Shown here piece by piece: positions 20,065 to 31,800 of a DNA stretch of 64,000 bases. The DNA is from an uncultured Actinomycetes bacterium. Lineage in GTDB: Bacteria > Actinomycetota > Thermoleophilia > UBA2241. The notes under the pieces are model-generated. The model worked only from the letters and a program-made list of their open reading frames with translations, was not told the DNA's origin and ran no database searches. Location: contig CAVVVA010000005.1 in assembly GCA_963751565.1 (NCBI GenBank), positions 772,197-836,196 on the forward strand. The letters run 5' to 3'. Numbering within the stretch: position 1 is the stretch's first letter; the number at the start of each line of letters is the position of its first letter. The position numbers were made by a program, and so were the translations under genes.

Positions 20065-20411
20065 GGAGGTTGCCGACGGTCCCGCTACGGGGCGACGAGC
20101 CGGCTCGCGCCGCTCGTCCCCCAAGAAAGAGCTACGTTCATAGTGTAAACGTGGCGGGCAATTCGGGCAATACTTGTCCGTTTTTCGACAGGCGTTGCGG
20201 CGGTCGAGGCGTTCGTCGCGCCCGCCCGGAACGTTTGGCTCGGTACGGCCGGCGGGAAGACCAGCGGCTCTGGGCGACGTTGTGCACCCTTCAGCCAACC
20301 AGTATGTTGACATGGGTCAGACAAGGTAGCTGCCGGCCCTCTGGGGCGCTATCCGGAGTCGCCCCGGCCAGGTAGATCCGCGAGGCACCCGAAAGGTCTG
20401 GAGACGCCACG

Positions 20412-21746
20412 GTGAGCACGCAGCCCACGCTCCGCTATCTCGACCCCCTGCGCGAGCACGGGACCCACAAGATCAACTCTGATGAGCGCGCCGTCCTGCG
20501 CACGGTCAACCAGAAGGTCGCCGCGAAGCCCTCTCTGAACGACGTCGTCGACTTTCTCTTCGAGGGAACGCGGTCGATCATCCCGTTCGATCGCATCGGT
20601 CTCGCCTTCGTTGAAGACGACGGGCATCGTATCGTTTCGCAGTACGCGCGAGCGGACTATCAGCCCCTGCTTCTCACGAGGGGCTACGCCGGGGATCTTC
20701 GCGGCAGCTCGCTGGAGCCCATGACCAAGACGGGAAAGTCGCGTATCATCGACGACCTTGTCGCCTACCTCGAAGCGCACCCCGGAAGTCAGTCGACACG
20801 ACTCCTGGTCGGCGAGGGCGCACGGTCGAGCCTGACCTGCCCCTTGATCGTGGAAGGCCGAATTCTGGGGTTCCTCTTTCGCAGCTCCCGCCGGCCGAAC
20901 ACCTACACTTCGCGTCATGTCGAGCTGGAGTTGGCGATCTCCGAGCGGCTCAGCCAGGCCGCCGAAAAGGCGTGGCGGATCGAGCAGCTCACGGCCGCCA
21001 ACCACGCGTACCTGGAGATGCTGGCGTTCGTCAGCCACGAGATAAAGAACCCCGTCGCCTCGATCGTCACCGACGCGCGCCTGCTCGCCGACGGGTACCT
21101 CGGAGCACTCACGCAGCCACAGAAAGACAAGCTGGAGAGGCTGATCGGCAAGGGCCAGTACCTCCTCGAGCTTGCTCAGGACTACCTCGATCTCGCACGG
21201 GTCGATGGCGGGCAGCTGGCGCTCGAGGCCGACCCCGAAGTCGACATAGTGGGCGAGGTGATCCTTCCGGCCATCGACATCGTGCGCAGTCAGATCGATC
21301 GGCGCAGCATGCACGTGGAGCTCGACCTGCCCGGCGAGACCGCCGCCGTCGAGTGCGACCCCAGCCTTCTGCGTATCGTCCTCGTCAACCTGCTGGGCAA
21401 CGCGGTGAAATACGGCAACGAGTGCGGCGAGATCCGTGTCGGCGTCGTGCGCGAACCGTCGCGACTTGCCGTCTCGGTGTGGAACGAAGGTCAGGGCTTC
21501 TCCCCCGAAGACCGCGCTGGGCTCTTCCGGCGATTCTCTCGTCTGCGCTCGACCGCGGCCCAGAACAAGGGAACCGGAGTGGGACTGTACAGCGCCTGGC
21601 GGATCATCCAGCTGCATCACGGGCGGATTCGCGCCCGGTCGGAGCAGGGAGCCTGGGCCGAGTTCTCATTCGAGCTCTCCCAGCCACTCGGGATCGAGAA
21701 TGGAACCGCCGCGCAGGCGGGGCATCACGACCCCGCCTGCCGGTAG
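20412..21746 (+). CDS. Cytoplasmic GAF-domain sensor histidine kinase
   Basis: No TM segments. GAF-like N-terminal half. HisKA FVSHEIKNP, N-box NLLGNAVKYG, G2 GTGVGLY. Divergent from the hdr operon. Confidence 0.85.
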   Translation: MSTQPTLRYLDPLREHGTHKINSDERAVLRTVNQKVAAKPSLNDVVDFLFEGTRSIIPFDRIGLAFVEDDGHRIVSQYARADYQPLLLTRGYAGDLRGSSLEPMTKTGKSRIIDDLVAYLEAHPGSQSTRLLVGEGARSSLTCPLIVEGRILGFLFRSSRRPNTYTSRHVELELAISERLSQAAEKAWRIEQLTAANHAYLEMLAFVSHEIKNPVASIVTDARLLADGYLGALTQPQKDKLERLIGKGQYLLELAQDYLDLARVDGGQLALEADPEVDIVGEVILPAIDIVRSQIDRRSMHVELDLPGETAAVECDPSLLRIVLVNLLGNAVKYGNECGEIRVGVVREPSRLAVSVWNEGQGFSPEDRAGLFRRFSRLRSTAAQNKGTGVGLYSAWRIIQLHHGRIRARSEQGAWAEFSFELSQPLGIENGTAAQAGHHDPACR

Positions 21747-21942
21747 CGGATCGCAGGAGACCGCAGGAGACCGCGGCCATGGGTTCGACCCCGACGCCGC
21801 CCTCCACAGCACAGACCGGCGGGGGCCTCGGGCCATGTTCTCAAGCGCGTCGCCACCGAGGACCTGGTGAAAAGCGATTCACGAGGTTCACGAGGGTTCC
21901 TCATTCCTCCACCCGCCGACCGCCGCCAAGCTCATCGACTAC

Positions 21943-22173
21943 GTGCGCAGCGTGCAGGGAGGCGACGACGTCGAGTCGCTGACGCCCAGGGAACGCGGGG
22001 TCCTCAAGTTGATTGTCGAGGGCAACACGAACCAGGGTGTCGCCAAGATCCTCGGCTTGAGCAGAAAGACGGTTGAGAGTCACCGTGCCAACATCATGCG
22101 CAAGCTCGAAGTTCACGACGTGACCGATCTCGTGAAGTACGCCATCCGCAAGCGGCTGACCGCGCTCGACTGA
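21943..22173 (+). CDS. LuxR/GerE-type HTH DNA-binding protein, likely remnant of a NarL-family response regulator that lost its receiver domain
   Basis: HTH GVLKLIVEGNTNQGVAKILGLSRKTVESHRANIMRKLEV. In-frame upstream of the GTG start lies a receiver-linker-like KAIHEVHEGSSFLHPPTAAKLIDY, cut by a TGA at 21868. Confidence 0.65.
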   Translation: MRSVQGGDDVESLTPRERGVLKLIVEGNTNQGVAKILGLSRKTVESHRANIMRKLEVHDVTDLVKYAIRKRLTALD

Positions 22174-22498
22174 CCGGTGATGGTCTCGGGTGGGCGGACT
22201 GCCCGTGACGACGAAGACGGGGCAGCCGCTCGCGAGCAGGGTGAACCCGTGAGTCTCAGCCAGACGCTTCCGGTCGTTGGGTTGCTGAGCAGACAACATG
22301 ACTTGTTGTTCTGTCGTAGTTGGCGATCCGCGCCAGTTGCAGGCAGTCCTGACTCTCTGCCGACCGCCGACCGACGTCCTGCGATGCAGCATCCGCGAGC
22401 GGCCTCAAGGGCATGTGACGAGATTGTGGACCTACGCCCTGGTCATGCGGGCTTCTCCCTGCTCTCGGAGCGACGCGTCTGTCGACGGCGAGGACGCG

Positions 22499-23632
22499 CT
22501 AGTCCAGAAAACTCCTCAGTCGCTCCGTGGCGCGGTAGCTCGTGAGCTTGGCGAGCGTCTTGACCTCGATCTGGCGGATGCGCTCGCGGGTGACGCCGAA
22601 CTTCTGGCCGACCTCTTCGAGGGTGCGCGGGTGTCCGCCGGCAAGGCCGAAGCGCAACTCGATCACCTTGCGCTCTCGGTGCGTGAGCGTCGCGAGGATC
22701 TGGTTGAGCTCCTCTTCTTGCATGATCTCGCTGACGGCCTCGAAGGGCGCGACGGCGTCTTCGTCTTCGATGAAGTCGCCAAGCTGCGAGTGCTCTTCCT
22801 CGCCGATCGGCGTCTCCAGGCTCAGCGGCTGCTGGCTGATCTTCAAGATCTCGCGCACCTTGGTCGGCCTGATGCCCATCTCGGCGGCGATCTCCTCGGG
22901 GGTGGGCTCACGACCGATAGCCGATTGGAGCTGGCGCTGCACGCGCATGAGCTTGTTGATCTGCTCCACCATGTGCACCGGGACGCGGATCGTGCGGGCC
23001 TGGTCGGCGATGCCGCGCGATATGGCCTGGCGGATCCACCAGGTGGCGTAGGTCGAGAACTTGTAGCCCCTGCGGTAGTCGAACTTCTCGACCGCCCTGA
23101 TGAGGCCCAGGTTGCCCTCCTGGATTAAGTCGAGGAAGGGCATGCCGGCCCAGCCGTAGCGCTTGGCGATCGACACCACAAGGCGCAGGTTGGCCTCGAT
23201 CAGCTTGCGCTTGGCCTCCATGTCGTGGCGCTCGATGCGGCGGGCAAGCGAGACTTCTTGCACGGCGGTCAGCAGCGGCACCTTGCCGATCTCTTTGAGA
23301 TACATGCGCACCGGGTCGTTGGTCGGTGTCTTTACCGACAGGTCGAGTGCGGGGATGATCTCTTCCTGCTCCTCCTCAGCGGCCGCCTCGGCCCCGTGGC
23401 CGTCGCTGCCCGGGGCCTCGTCGCCCTCGACGATGTCGATGCCCAGGTCGTTGAAGAGGATGAAGATATCGTCGATCTGCTCCACGCTCAGCTCGATGTC
23501 CCGCAGCAGGTCGCGGATATGCGCGGCGTCCAGGTAGCCCTGCTCGCGGCCCTCGGTGACGAGCTCCCTCACCTCTGCGCTGTTCAGCTCGGGCGGTTCA
23601 CTGGCCTGGCGCTCTTCTACTGCGTCACTCAC
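22499..23632 (-). CDS. RNA polymerase sigma-70 factor, RpoD/principal-like (copy 1)
   Basis: Regions 1.2-4.2 all present: [36 protein letters not shown]. Confidence 0.9.
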   Translation of the reverse strand: MSDAVEERQASEPPELNSAEVRELVTEGREQGYLDAAHIRDLLRDIELSVEQIDDIFILFNDLGIDIVEGDEAPGSDGHGAEAAAEEEQEEIIPALDLSVKTPTNDPVRMYLKEIGKVPLLTAVQEVSLARRIERHDMEAKRKLIEANLRLVVSIAKRYGWAGMPFLDLIQEGNLGLIRAVEKFDYRRGYKFSTYATWWIRQAISRGIADQARTIRVPVHMVEQINKLMRVQRQLQSAIGREPTPEEIAAEMGIRPTKVREILKISQQPLSLETPIGEEEHSQLGDFIEDEDAVAPFEAVSEIMQEEELNQILATLTHRERKVIELRFGLAGGHPRTLEEVGQKFGVTRERIRQIEVKTLAKLTSYRATERLRSFLD

Positions 23633-23713
23633 TGTCTTTGCCCTACTCCTTGTCGGAAGAGCGGCCTCGCGCCGGGGCGCTCAACTCAACACGTCTCGCC
23701 ACGCTGATGAAGG

Positions 23714-23738
23714 GAGAGCCCCACGGATACCGTGGGGC
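23714..23738 (-). terminator. Perfect 11-bp stem hairpin (GAGCCCCACGG-ATA-CCGTGGGGCTC)
   Basis: Seen in sequence downstream of the small minus-strand ORF and upstream of sigma copy 1. No U-tract. Could instead be a leader structure of the sigma gene. Confidence 0.3.
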
Positions 23739-23945
23739 TCTCAAGGAGCCATGGGGCACCTTGGGGGTACCGTGCGATCCAGGGGGGCTAGACCGCACTG
23801 GCAGTATAGAGGTTCTCCACCCACAAAACAATGCCTGAGCAGCGTTGTTATCACGCCTGTAGTGGTTAACCCACGCCCAACGTGAGACCGCGACCGTTCC
23901 GCTTCCCAGCGGCGATCCCCCCCACTTCTGCAGCTGCGGCACCCG

Positions 23946-24182
23946 CTAGCCTTCTTGGGCCGCCCGCTGCTCGGTGAGCGGCCGCGCGCTGCCGCGCGCC
24001 AGCCAGGTGCGAAAGTCAAGCACGTCGGGATGCAGCTTGCGGACATCGGCGATGTCGATGCTGTAGCCCTGGCGCTCGAACCAGTCGTACATGAGGTAGA
24101 GGTTCTCGCTCTGCTCGCGCATGGCCTGCCAGGGGATCTGCATGTAGCGCCCCGGCCCACCGAGCGCGGCGCTCAGCGCCAA
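23946..24182 (-). CDS. Hypothetical small protein
   Basis: ORF only (..YLMYDWFERQGYSIDIADVRKLHPDVLDFRTWL..). No recognisable motif. Confidence 0.25.
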   Translation of the reverse strand: MALSAALGGPGRYMQIPWQAMREQSENLYLMYDWFERQGYSIDIADVRKLHPDVLDFRTWLARGSARPLTEQRAAQEG

Positions 24183-24271
24183 GGCCGCCTCAGGGAAGGT
24201 ACCGGCCAGTCGTCATCTCGTCCCTTCTCTCCTGGACCGGACTTGAACCGGCGCAAGTGTGGACTTGTCCC

Positions 24272-24610
24272 TCAGTCGCGCGGCCTTCGTGTGCGCCAGT
24301 GAAACAGCGCCCCGAGGACCATGCCCAGCAACAAGCCGAGGATGGCGGCAAAGAGCACCAGCCAGACAAGCGAGACCGACGAGGTACCGAACACCCAGCT
24401 GACTTTGACGTGGCCGGTGTTGGCCAGCACCAGGGCGATCAGAAAGATGAGCAGTACGACCGCGAAGCCGGCATAGAGGTAGAGGCGGGCCCGATGGGCC
24501 TTGCGGGCAAAACGCGCACCGCCGGTCTCGGCGACCGTCTCTGTCGCGGCGGCGGTGCCTAGCGGATCGACCGACTCTGTCTGCTCGAAGGACCCTTCAC
24601 CGGAACTCAT
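24272..24610 (-). CDS. LapA-domain (DUF1049-like) small membrane protein
   Basis: Two TM helices with R/K-flanked topology typical of LapA-domain proteins. Confidence 0.45.
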   Translation of the reverse strand: MSSGEGSFEQTESVDPLGTAAATETVAETGGARFARKAHRARLYLYAGFAVVLLIFLIALVLANTGHVKVSWVFGTSSVSLVWLVLFAAILGLLLGMVLGALFHWRTRRPRD

Positions 24611-24661
24611 CTTGCCCCCTCTTCTGTCGGCTGACCAGGCAACCAGTCTGCGCGGGGCCCG

Positions 24662-24943
24662 CTAGCGCCCCACCCACCAGAACCACGACCTCCTTCTGCG
24701 GCCCCTGATGAGACCGTAGACGAAGAGCAGCACGACGGCTCCGGCGAACGCGACCAGGAAGCTCCTGAACGAGAACCCCGTGAGTCCCGGGCCGTGGGTG
24801 ACGGCCGTCAACACCCAGCCGCCCACGACAGCGCCGAGGATGCCGACGGTGATCGTGACAACGATGCCCAGGTGGCGCTTCATGACAAAGCGTGCCGCAA
24901 AGCCGGCAAGAGCGCCGATCACGATCCACGACAGGATGCCCAT
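24662..24943 (-). CDS. GlsB/YeaQ/YmgE family membrane protein (transglycosylase-associated)
   Basis: MGILSWIVIGALAGFAA...GIVVTITVGILGAVVGGWV pattern of this family. Confidence 0.6.
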   Translation of the reverse strand: MGILSWIVIGALAGFAARFVMKRHLGIVVTITVGILGAVVGGWVLTAVTHGPGLTGFSFRSFLVAFAGAVVLLFVYGLIRGRRRRSWFWWVGR

Positions 24944-25266
24944 GCTTCCCCCTTGGGTGGTCATCCCTCACGGGATCGCCACCACCCACGCGTCCGGGCA
25001 GGGTGCCCAACGGCTGATGAGCGCGTACCCGTGCTTCGGGCCGGCGAAACGTGGCGTCGCGAGTTTGGTGACTCGCAGCCGAACACCCCGGCGCGGTGAT
25101 CTGTACACGGCCGCGTTCCGGCCGCGCCACGGGACGAATCGACCGGTGCACAAATCACAATCAGGGGTGGTCCCTGTTGGCGATGCGACCACGGGCAGTC
25201 ACCCGCAGCGGTGATTCTCGGCCCAAGCTCTGCTCGTCTTGAGGTGAGGGCCGCTGCCTGCTCGAC

Positions 25267-25497
25267 TCACTCGCGCCGTGCGGAGTCCGGAGGGACCGTG
25301 GCCGAGGCGCGCGCGAGCAGCCACTTGATCTCCTCGATCTCTTTCGTCAGGTGCTCGAGCAAGATCTCGGCCTTGACGTTCACCCGGTAGTCACTTTCGG
25401 CCTACAGGCGGTCGCGGGTCGCCTGACGCTGCTGGCTCATCATGATGACGGGCGCCTGGATGGCCGCAAGGCAGGACAGGACCAGGTTGAGCAGGAT
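25267..25497 (-). pseudogene. 3' fragment of a DUF1003-family gene with internal TAG (25402-25404), 5' part missing
   Basis: ILLNLVLSCLAAIQAPVIMMSQQRQATRDRL*AESDYRVNVKAEI matches the DUF1003 C-terminal consensus. Homology stops abruptly at 25497, where the integrase-fragment homology begins. Confidence 0.5.
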
Positions 25498-25510
25498 GGC
25501 TCGAAATCCC

Positions 25511-25690
25511 CTTGCACGGGCTGCGCCACACCTACGCCAGCCTCGCCTTGGCCAAAGGCGTCAATGCAGCCATCGTCTCGCGGCGGCCGGGACATGCCAC
25601 CGTGGCCTTCACCTTGGATTTCTACTCCCACATGCTGCCCCAGGTCGACGCCGAGGCGGCGGAGGTCATCGCGGCGTTTGGAGGCGTGGG
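25511..25690 (+). pseudogene. Tyrosine-recombinase 3' fragment (copy 1 of 3)
   Basis: PLHGLRHTYASLALAKGVNAAIVSRRPGHATVAFTLDFYSHMLPQ, about 90% nt identity to 60655-60849 and 62860-63059. No N-terminal part. Confidence 0.8.
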
Positions 25691-25808
25691 AGCCGCCAAT
25701 CAGACGAGCGCTCCGCACCGCGGTTCTCCGGTAGTGTCACCTCTGGCTCGCGACTTTCCAGCAGGGGGTGAAGCCCTCCTGCCCTCTAACCGTTGATCGG
25801 GTAACTGG

Positions 25809-28800
25809 CTAGAAAGACCGGACAGCACGCACGCTGCACGTGTAGCTCTTGAGGAATTCGGGCTGGCTGCCATCGCCGAGGGACTGGAACCACGCGTCCG
25901 GGGCATCGTACTCGGAGGAGCTCCAGTAGTAGCCGGACCCAAAACCACCGATTGCGACTCGGTTAGTGTACAGCTCGTTCAGTTCATTCTTGCTGGGCAG
26001 GTACCAGTCGGCGTAGCCGCCACCGTTGTAGGCTCTTGCCAGACCGGCTGCGTACGTGGTGCCGACGCCGTTCTGAAGGATGATCGCGTTCGTGTTTGCC
26101 AAGCCGGTCCCGATTGCGGTACCTGTCCCTCCTACAGCAGTGCTTTGGTAGGCCGGGAGAGCCCATATGATTCCTGTGCTTTGGTCGACCGTAGCAGCGA
26201 CCAAACCGTGCGTTTGTCCGGCCACGTAGCCCGGGTCTCCGGACTGCAGGATGTAGCCGACTACACCGCCGCCGTAGGGAGTGCCGATCGTTATGCCGGT
26301 CGCGCTGAAGGTCACCGGAGAGCCGCTCAGGCCGGTGCTCGTGGCCGTCAGGGTGTTGGCGCCGGCGCTGGTGCCCAAGGTCCAGCTGCCGACCGTGGCG
26401 ATGCCGCTGGCGTTGGTCGTCGGTGTGAGACCGGTGGCGGAGCCGCCGCCGCTGGCCACGGCGAAGGTGACGCTCACGCCGCTCACCGGGTTGTTGCTTG
26501 TGTCCGTGACGAGGACGCTGGGGGCGATGGCTACGGCCGTACCCAGGACCGCCACCTGCCCGTCGCCGGCGTGCAGAGCGATCTGCGTGGCCGCCCCGGC
26601 GGTCAGCGTGAAGGAGCCCGAGGTGGCCGCCGTGAGTGCGGTGGGCGTGAAGGTCAGCGTGTAGGAGCCCACCGTGCCCGTGATCACGAGGTTGGAGAAG
26701 GTCGCGACGCCGCTGGCGTTGGTGGCCACCGTCGTCGTGCCGGAGAGCGTGCCGGCACCCGAGGCGATCGTGGCGACCACGCTCACGCCCGCGCTTGAGA
26801 CGTTGTTGTTACCGACGTCGCTGCAGCTGCACCACCGGGGCGCCGCTCAAGGCCACGCCGTTTACGGCGCCGCTGGGCTGGGTGGTGAGCACGCCCTTGG
26901 TGGCCGCCCCGGCGGTCAGCGTGAAGGAGCCCGAGGTGGCCGCCGTGAGTGCGGTGGGCGTGAAGGTCAGCGTGTAGGAGCCCACCGTGCCCGTGATCAC
27001 GAGGTTGGAGAAGGTCGCGACGCCGCTGGCGTTGGTGGCCACCGTCGTCGTGCCGGAGAGCGTGCCGGCACCCGAGGCGATCGTGGCGACCACGCTCACG
27101 CCCGCGCTTGAGACGTTGTTGTTACCCGAGTCGCGCAGCTGCACCACCGGGGCGCCGCTCAAGGCCACGCCGTTTACGGCGCCGCTGGGCTGGGTGGTGA
27201 GCACGCCCTTGGTGGCCGCCCCGGCGGTCAGCGTGAAGGAGCCCGAGGTGGCCGCCGTGAGTGCGGTGGGCGTGAAGGTCAGCGTGTAGGAGCCCACCGT
27301 GCCCGTGATCACGAGGTTGGAGAAGGTCGCGACGCCGCTGGCGTTGGTGGCCACCGTCGTCGTGCCGGAGAGCGTGCCGGCACCCGAGGCGATCGTGGCG
27401 ACCACGCTCACGCCCGCGCTTGAGACGTTGTTGTTGCTGACGTCCTGAAGCTGCACCACCGGGGCGCCGCTCAAGGCCACGCCGTTTACGGCGCCGCTGG
27501 GCTGGGTGGTGAGCACGCCCTTGGTGGCCGCCCCGGCGGTCAGCGTGAAGGAGCCCGAGGTGGCCGCCGTGAGTGCGGTGGGCGTGAAGGTCAGCGTGTA
27601 GGAGCCCACCGTGCCCGTGATCACGAGGTTGGAGAAGGTCGCGACGCCGCTGGCGTTGGTGGCCACCGTCGTCGTGCCGGAGAGCGTGCCGGCACCCGAG
27701 GCGATCGTGGCGACCACGCTCACGCCCGCGCTTGAGACGTTGTTGTTGCTGACGTCCTGAAGCTGCACCACCGGGGCGCCGCTCAAGGCCACGCCGTTTA
27801 CGGCGCCGCTGGGCTGGGTGGTGAGCACGCCCTTGGTGGCCGCCCCGGCGGTCAGCGTGAAGGAGCCCGAGGTGGCCGCCGTGAGTGCGGTGGGCGTGAA
27901 GGTCAGCGTGTAGGAGCCCACCGTGCCCGTGATCACGAGGTTGGAGAAGGTCGCGACGCCGCTGGCGTTGGTGGCCACCGTCGTCGTGCCGGAGAGCGTG
28001 CCGGCACCCGAGGCGATCGTGGCGACCACGCTCACGCCCGCGCTTGAGACGTTGTTGTTACCCGAGTCGCGCAGCTGCACCACCGGGGCGCCGCTCAAGG
28101 CCACGCCGTTTACGGCGCCGCTGGGCTGGGTGGTGAGCACGCCCTTGGTGGCCGCCCCGGCGGTCAGCGTGAAGGAGCCCGAGGTGGCCGCCGTGAGTGC
28201 GGTGGGCGTGAAGGTCAGCGTGTAGGAGCCCACCGTGCCCGTGATCACGAGGTTGGAGAAGGTCGCGACGCCGCTGGCGTTGGTGGCCACCGTCGTCGTG
28301 CCGGAGAGCGTGCCGGCACCCGAGGCGATCGTGGCGACCACGCTCACGCCCGCGCTTGAGACGTTGTTGTTACCCGAGTCGCGCAGCTGCACCACCGGGG
28401 CGCCGCTCAAGGCCACGCCGTTTACGGCGCCGCTGGGCTGGGTGGTGAGCACGCCCTTGGTGGCCGCCCCGGCGCTGATCGTCACGCTGGCCGAGGTGCC
28501 GGTGTAACCACCGATCTGTGAGGTGGCCGTGAAGGTATGGTCGCCGGTGACGCCCGTGAAGACCAGTTTGCCGGTCAGGTTGGCGACGCCGTTCGTGAAG
28601 TCGAGCGACTGGTCGAGCACGTTATTGAGCTCCAAGCCCAAGCCACTGATCGTGCCGTCGCTGGGCGCGACGCTGAGCGTGACGTTGTTCGTCAGGGCGG
28701 AGTAGGTGGTCACGGTGTTGCCGTAGGCGTCCTCTGCCGTCAGGGTGTTCACGCCGCTGAAGGCCGCGCCGCTGCTCTGCGCGCCGGCGAGGGTCAGGGC

Positions 28801-31800
28801 GAACTTGGCCATGGCCCCGGCGACGTAGTTGACGGTGACCTGGGTCTGGCTGCCGCTGGCGCCATTGACCGAGCTGCCGCCGAGGGTGGCAGCGAAGACG
28901 CCGCTGCCGACGGTGGTCGGTGAGGTGACGATCGCTGTGTAGGTGCCGTCACCGTTATCGCTCACTGAGCCGATCGTGCCGCTGCCGGACTGCTCCACGA
29001 TGGTGACGGCGGCGCCCCCGCTCGTGAGGGTGTTGCCGTTGGCGTCCTTGGCGGTCACCGTCAGGACCTGCGTGCTCGTCCCGTCGGCCGTGATGGTGGC
29101 GCTGGCTGGCGTGAGCGTCGACTGCGCGGCGTCGGCTGCCCCGGCCGTGCCGGTCGCGGTGAAGGTCACCGGAGAGCCGCTCAGGCCGGTGCTCGTGGCC
29201 GTCAGGGTGTTGGCGCCGGCGGTGGTGCCCAAGGTCCAGCTGCCGACCGTGGCGATGCCGCTGGCGTTGGTCGTGGGCGAGGCGTCGGTCAGCGAGCCTC
29301 CGCCGCTGGCCACGCCGAAGGTGACGCTCACGCCGGAGACGGGGTTGTTGTTGGCGTCCTTGACGATGACGCTGGGAGCGGTCGCCACGGCTGTGCCTGC
29401 GACCGCCGTCTGCGCGTCGCCGGCGTTCAGAGCGATCTGCGTGGCCGCCCCGGCGACGTAGTTGACGGTGACCTGGGTCTGGCTGCCGCTGGCGCCATTG
29501 ACCGAGCTGCCGCCGAGGGTGGCAGCGAAGACGCCGCTGCCGACGGTGGTCGGTGAGGTGACGATCGCTGTGTAGGTGCCGTCACCGTTATCGCTCACTG
29601 AGCCGATCGTGCCGCTGCCGGACTGCTCCACGATGGTGACGGCGGCGCCCCCGCTCGTGAGGGTGTTGCCGTTGGCGTCCTTGGCGGTCACCGTCAGGAC
29701 CTGCGTGCTCGTCCCGTCGGCCGTGATGGTGGCGCTGGCTGGCGTGAGCGTCGACTGCGCGGCGTCGGCTGCCCCGGCCGTGCCGGTCGCGGTGAAGGTC
29801 ACCGGAGAGCCGCTCAGGCCGGTGCTCGTGGCCGTCAGGGTGTTGGCGCCGGCGGTGGTGCCCAAGGTCCAGCTGCCGACCGTGGCGATGCCGCTGGCGT
29901 TGGTCGTGGGCGAGGCGTCGGTCAGCGAGCCGCCGCCGCTGGCCACGCCGAAGGTGACGCTCACGCCGGAGACGGGGTTGTTGTTGGCGTCCTTGACGAT
30001 GACGCTGGGAGCGGTCGCCACGGCTGTGCCTGCGACCGCCGTCTGCGCGTCGCCGGCGTGCAGAGCGATCTGCGTGGCCGCCCCGGCGGTCAGCGTGAAG
30101 GAGCCCGAGGTGGCCGCCGTGAGTGCGGTGGGCGTGAAGGTCAGCGTGTAGGAGCCCACCGTGCCCGTGATCACGAGGTTGGAGAAGGTCGCGACGCCGC
30201 TGGCGTTGGTGGCCACCGTCGTCGTGCCGGAGAGCGTGCCGGCACCCGAGGCGATCGTGGCGACCACGCTCACGCCCGCGCTTGAGACGTTGTTGTTGCC
30301 GAGTCGCGCAGCTGCACCACCGGGGCGCCGCTCAAGGCCACGCCGTTTACGGCGCCGCTGGGCTGGGTGGTGAGCACGCCCTTGGTGGCCGCCCCGGCGC
30401 TGATCGTCACGCTGGCCGAGGTGCCGGTGTAACCACCGATCTGTGAGGTGGCCGTGAAGGTATGGTCGCCGGTGACGCCCGTGAAGACCAGTTTGCCGGT
30501 CAGGTTGGCGACGCCGTTCGTGAAGTCGAGCGACTGGTCGAGCACGTTATTGAGCTCCAAGCCCAAGCCACTGATCGTGCCGTCGCTGGGCGCGACGCTG
30601 AGCGTGACGTTGTTCGTCAGGGCGGAGTAGGTGGTCACGGTGTTGCCGTAGGCGTCCTCTGCCGTCAGGGTGTTCACGCCGCTGAAGGCCGCGCCGCTGC
30701 TCTGCGCGCCGGCGAGGGTCAGGGCGAACTTGGCCATGGCCCCCGCCCTGCCGGTGGCACTGAAGGTCACCGGAGAGCCGCTGGAGGCCGGTGCTCGTGG
30801 CCGTCAGGGTGTTGGCGCCGGCGGTGGTGCCCAAGGTCCAGCTGCCGACCGTGGCGATGCCGCTGGCGTTGGTCGCAGCCGAGGCACTGGTCAGCGAGCC
30901 GCCGCCCCTGGCCACGGCGAAGGTGACGTTCACGCCGGACACCGGGTTGTTGTTGGCGTCCTTGACGATGACGCTGGGGGCGGTCGCCACGGCCGTGCCT
31001 GCGACCGCCGTCTGCGCGTTGCCGGCCTTCAGAGCGATCTGCTTGGCTGCCCCGGCCCTGCCGGTGGCACTGAAGGTCACCGGAGAGCCGCTGAGGCCGG
31101 TGCTCGTGGCCGTCAGGGTGTTGGCGCCGGCGGTGGTGCCCAAGGTCCAGCTGCCGACCGTGGCGATGCCGCTGGCGTTGGTCGTAGCCGAGGCACTGGT
31201 CAGCGAGCCGCCGCCCCTGGCCACGGCGAAGGTGACGTTCACGCCGGACACCGGGTTGTTGTTGGCGTCCTTGACGATGACGCTGGGGGCGGTCGCCACG
31301 GCCGTGCCTGCGACCGCCGTCTGCGCGTTGCCGGCCTTCAGAGCGATCTGCTTGGCTGCCCCGGCCCTGCCGGTGGCACTGAAGGTCACCGGAGAGCCGC
31401 TCAGGCCGGTGCTCGTGGCCGTCAGGGTGTTGGCGCCGGCGGTGGTGCCCAAGGTCCAGCTGCCGACCGTGGCGATGCCGCTGGCGTTGGTCGCAGCCGA
31501 GGCACTGGTCAGCGAGCCGCCGCCCCTGGCCACGGCGAAGGTGACGTTCACGCCGGACACCGGGTTGTTGTTGGCGTCCTTGACGATGACGCTGGGGGCG
31601 GTCGCCACGGCCGTGCCTGCGACCGCCGTCTGCGCGTTGCCGGCCTTCAGAGCGATCTGCGTGGCTATACCGACGATCTCGAACGCGAAACGCTTGCTCC
31701 AGGCGCCGGCGCGGCGGGCCTTGCTGCCACGGACCTTCCAGGTGAGGCTGACGTACATGGGCAGCGCCTTGCTGCTCTTCCACGAACGCTTCTTGAGGCC

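Noticed and set aside
21747-21900. tRNA-like GGGTTCGACCCC (T-arm-like) motif at about 21783
   Set aside because: No acceptor-stem pairing, no D-arm or anticodon arm in the flanks. The segment is better explained as the remnant of a response-regulator linker region.
23750-23945. Possible structured RNA (e.g. 6S-like) upstream of sigma copy 1
   Set aside because: Only one clear hairpin (23714-23738). No conserved 6S-like central bubble could be discerned by eye. Left as an unannotated leader region.
26500-31660. Possible CRISPR array because of many regularly spaced identical repeats
   Set aside because: Repeat unit is 300-633 nt, the units are contiguous with no unique spacers, and they translate into Ig-like domains of one long ORF. 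These are coding tandem repeats, not CRISPR.
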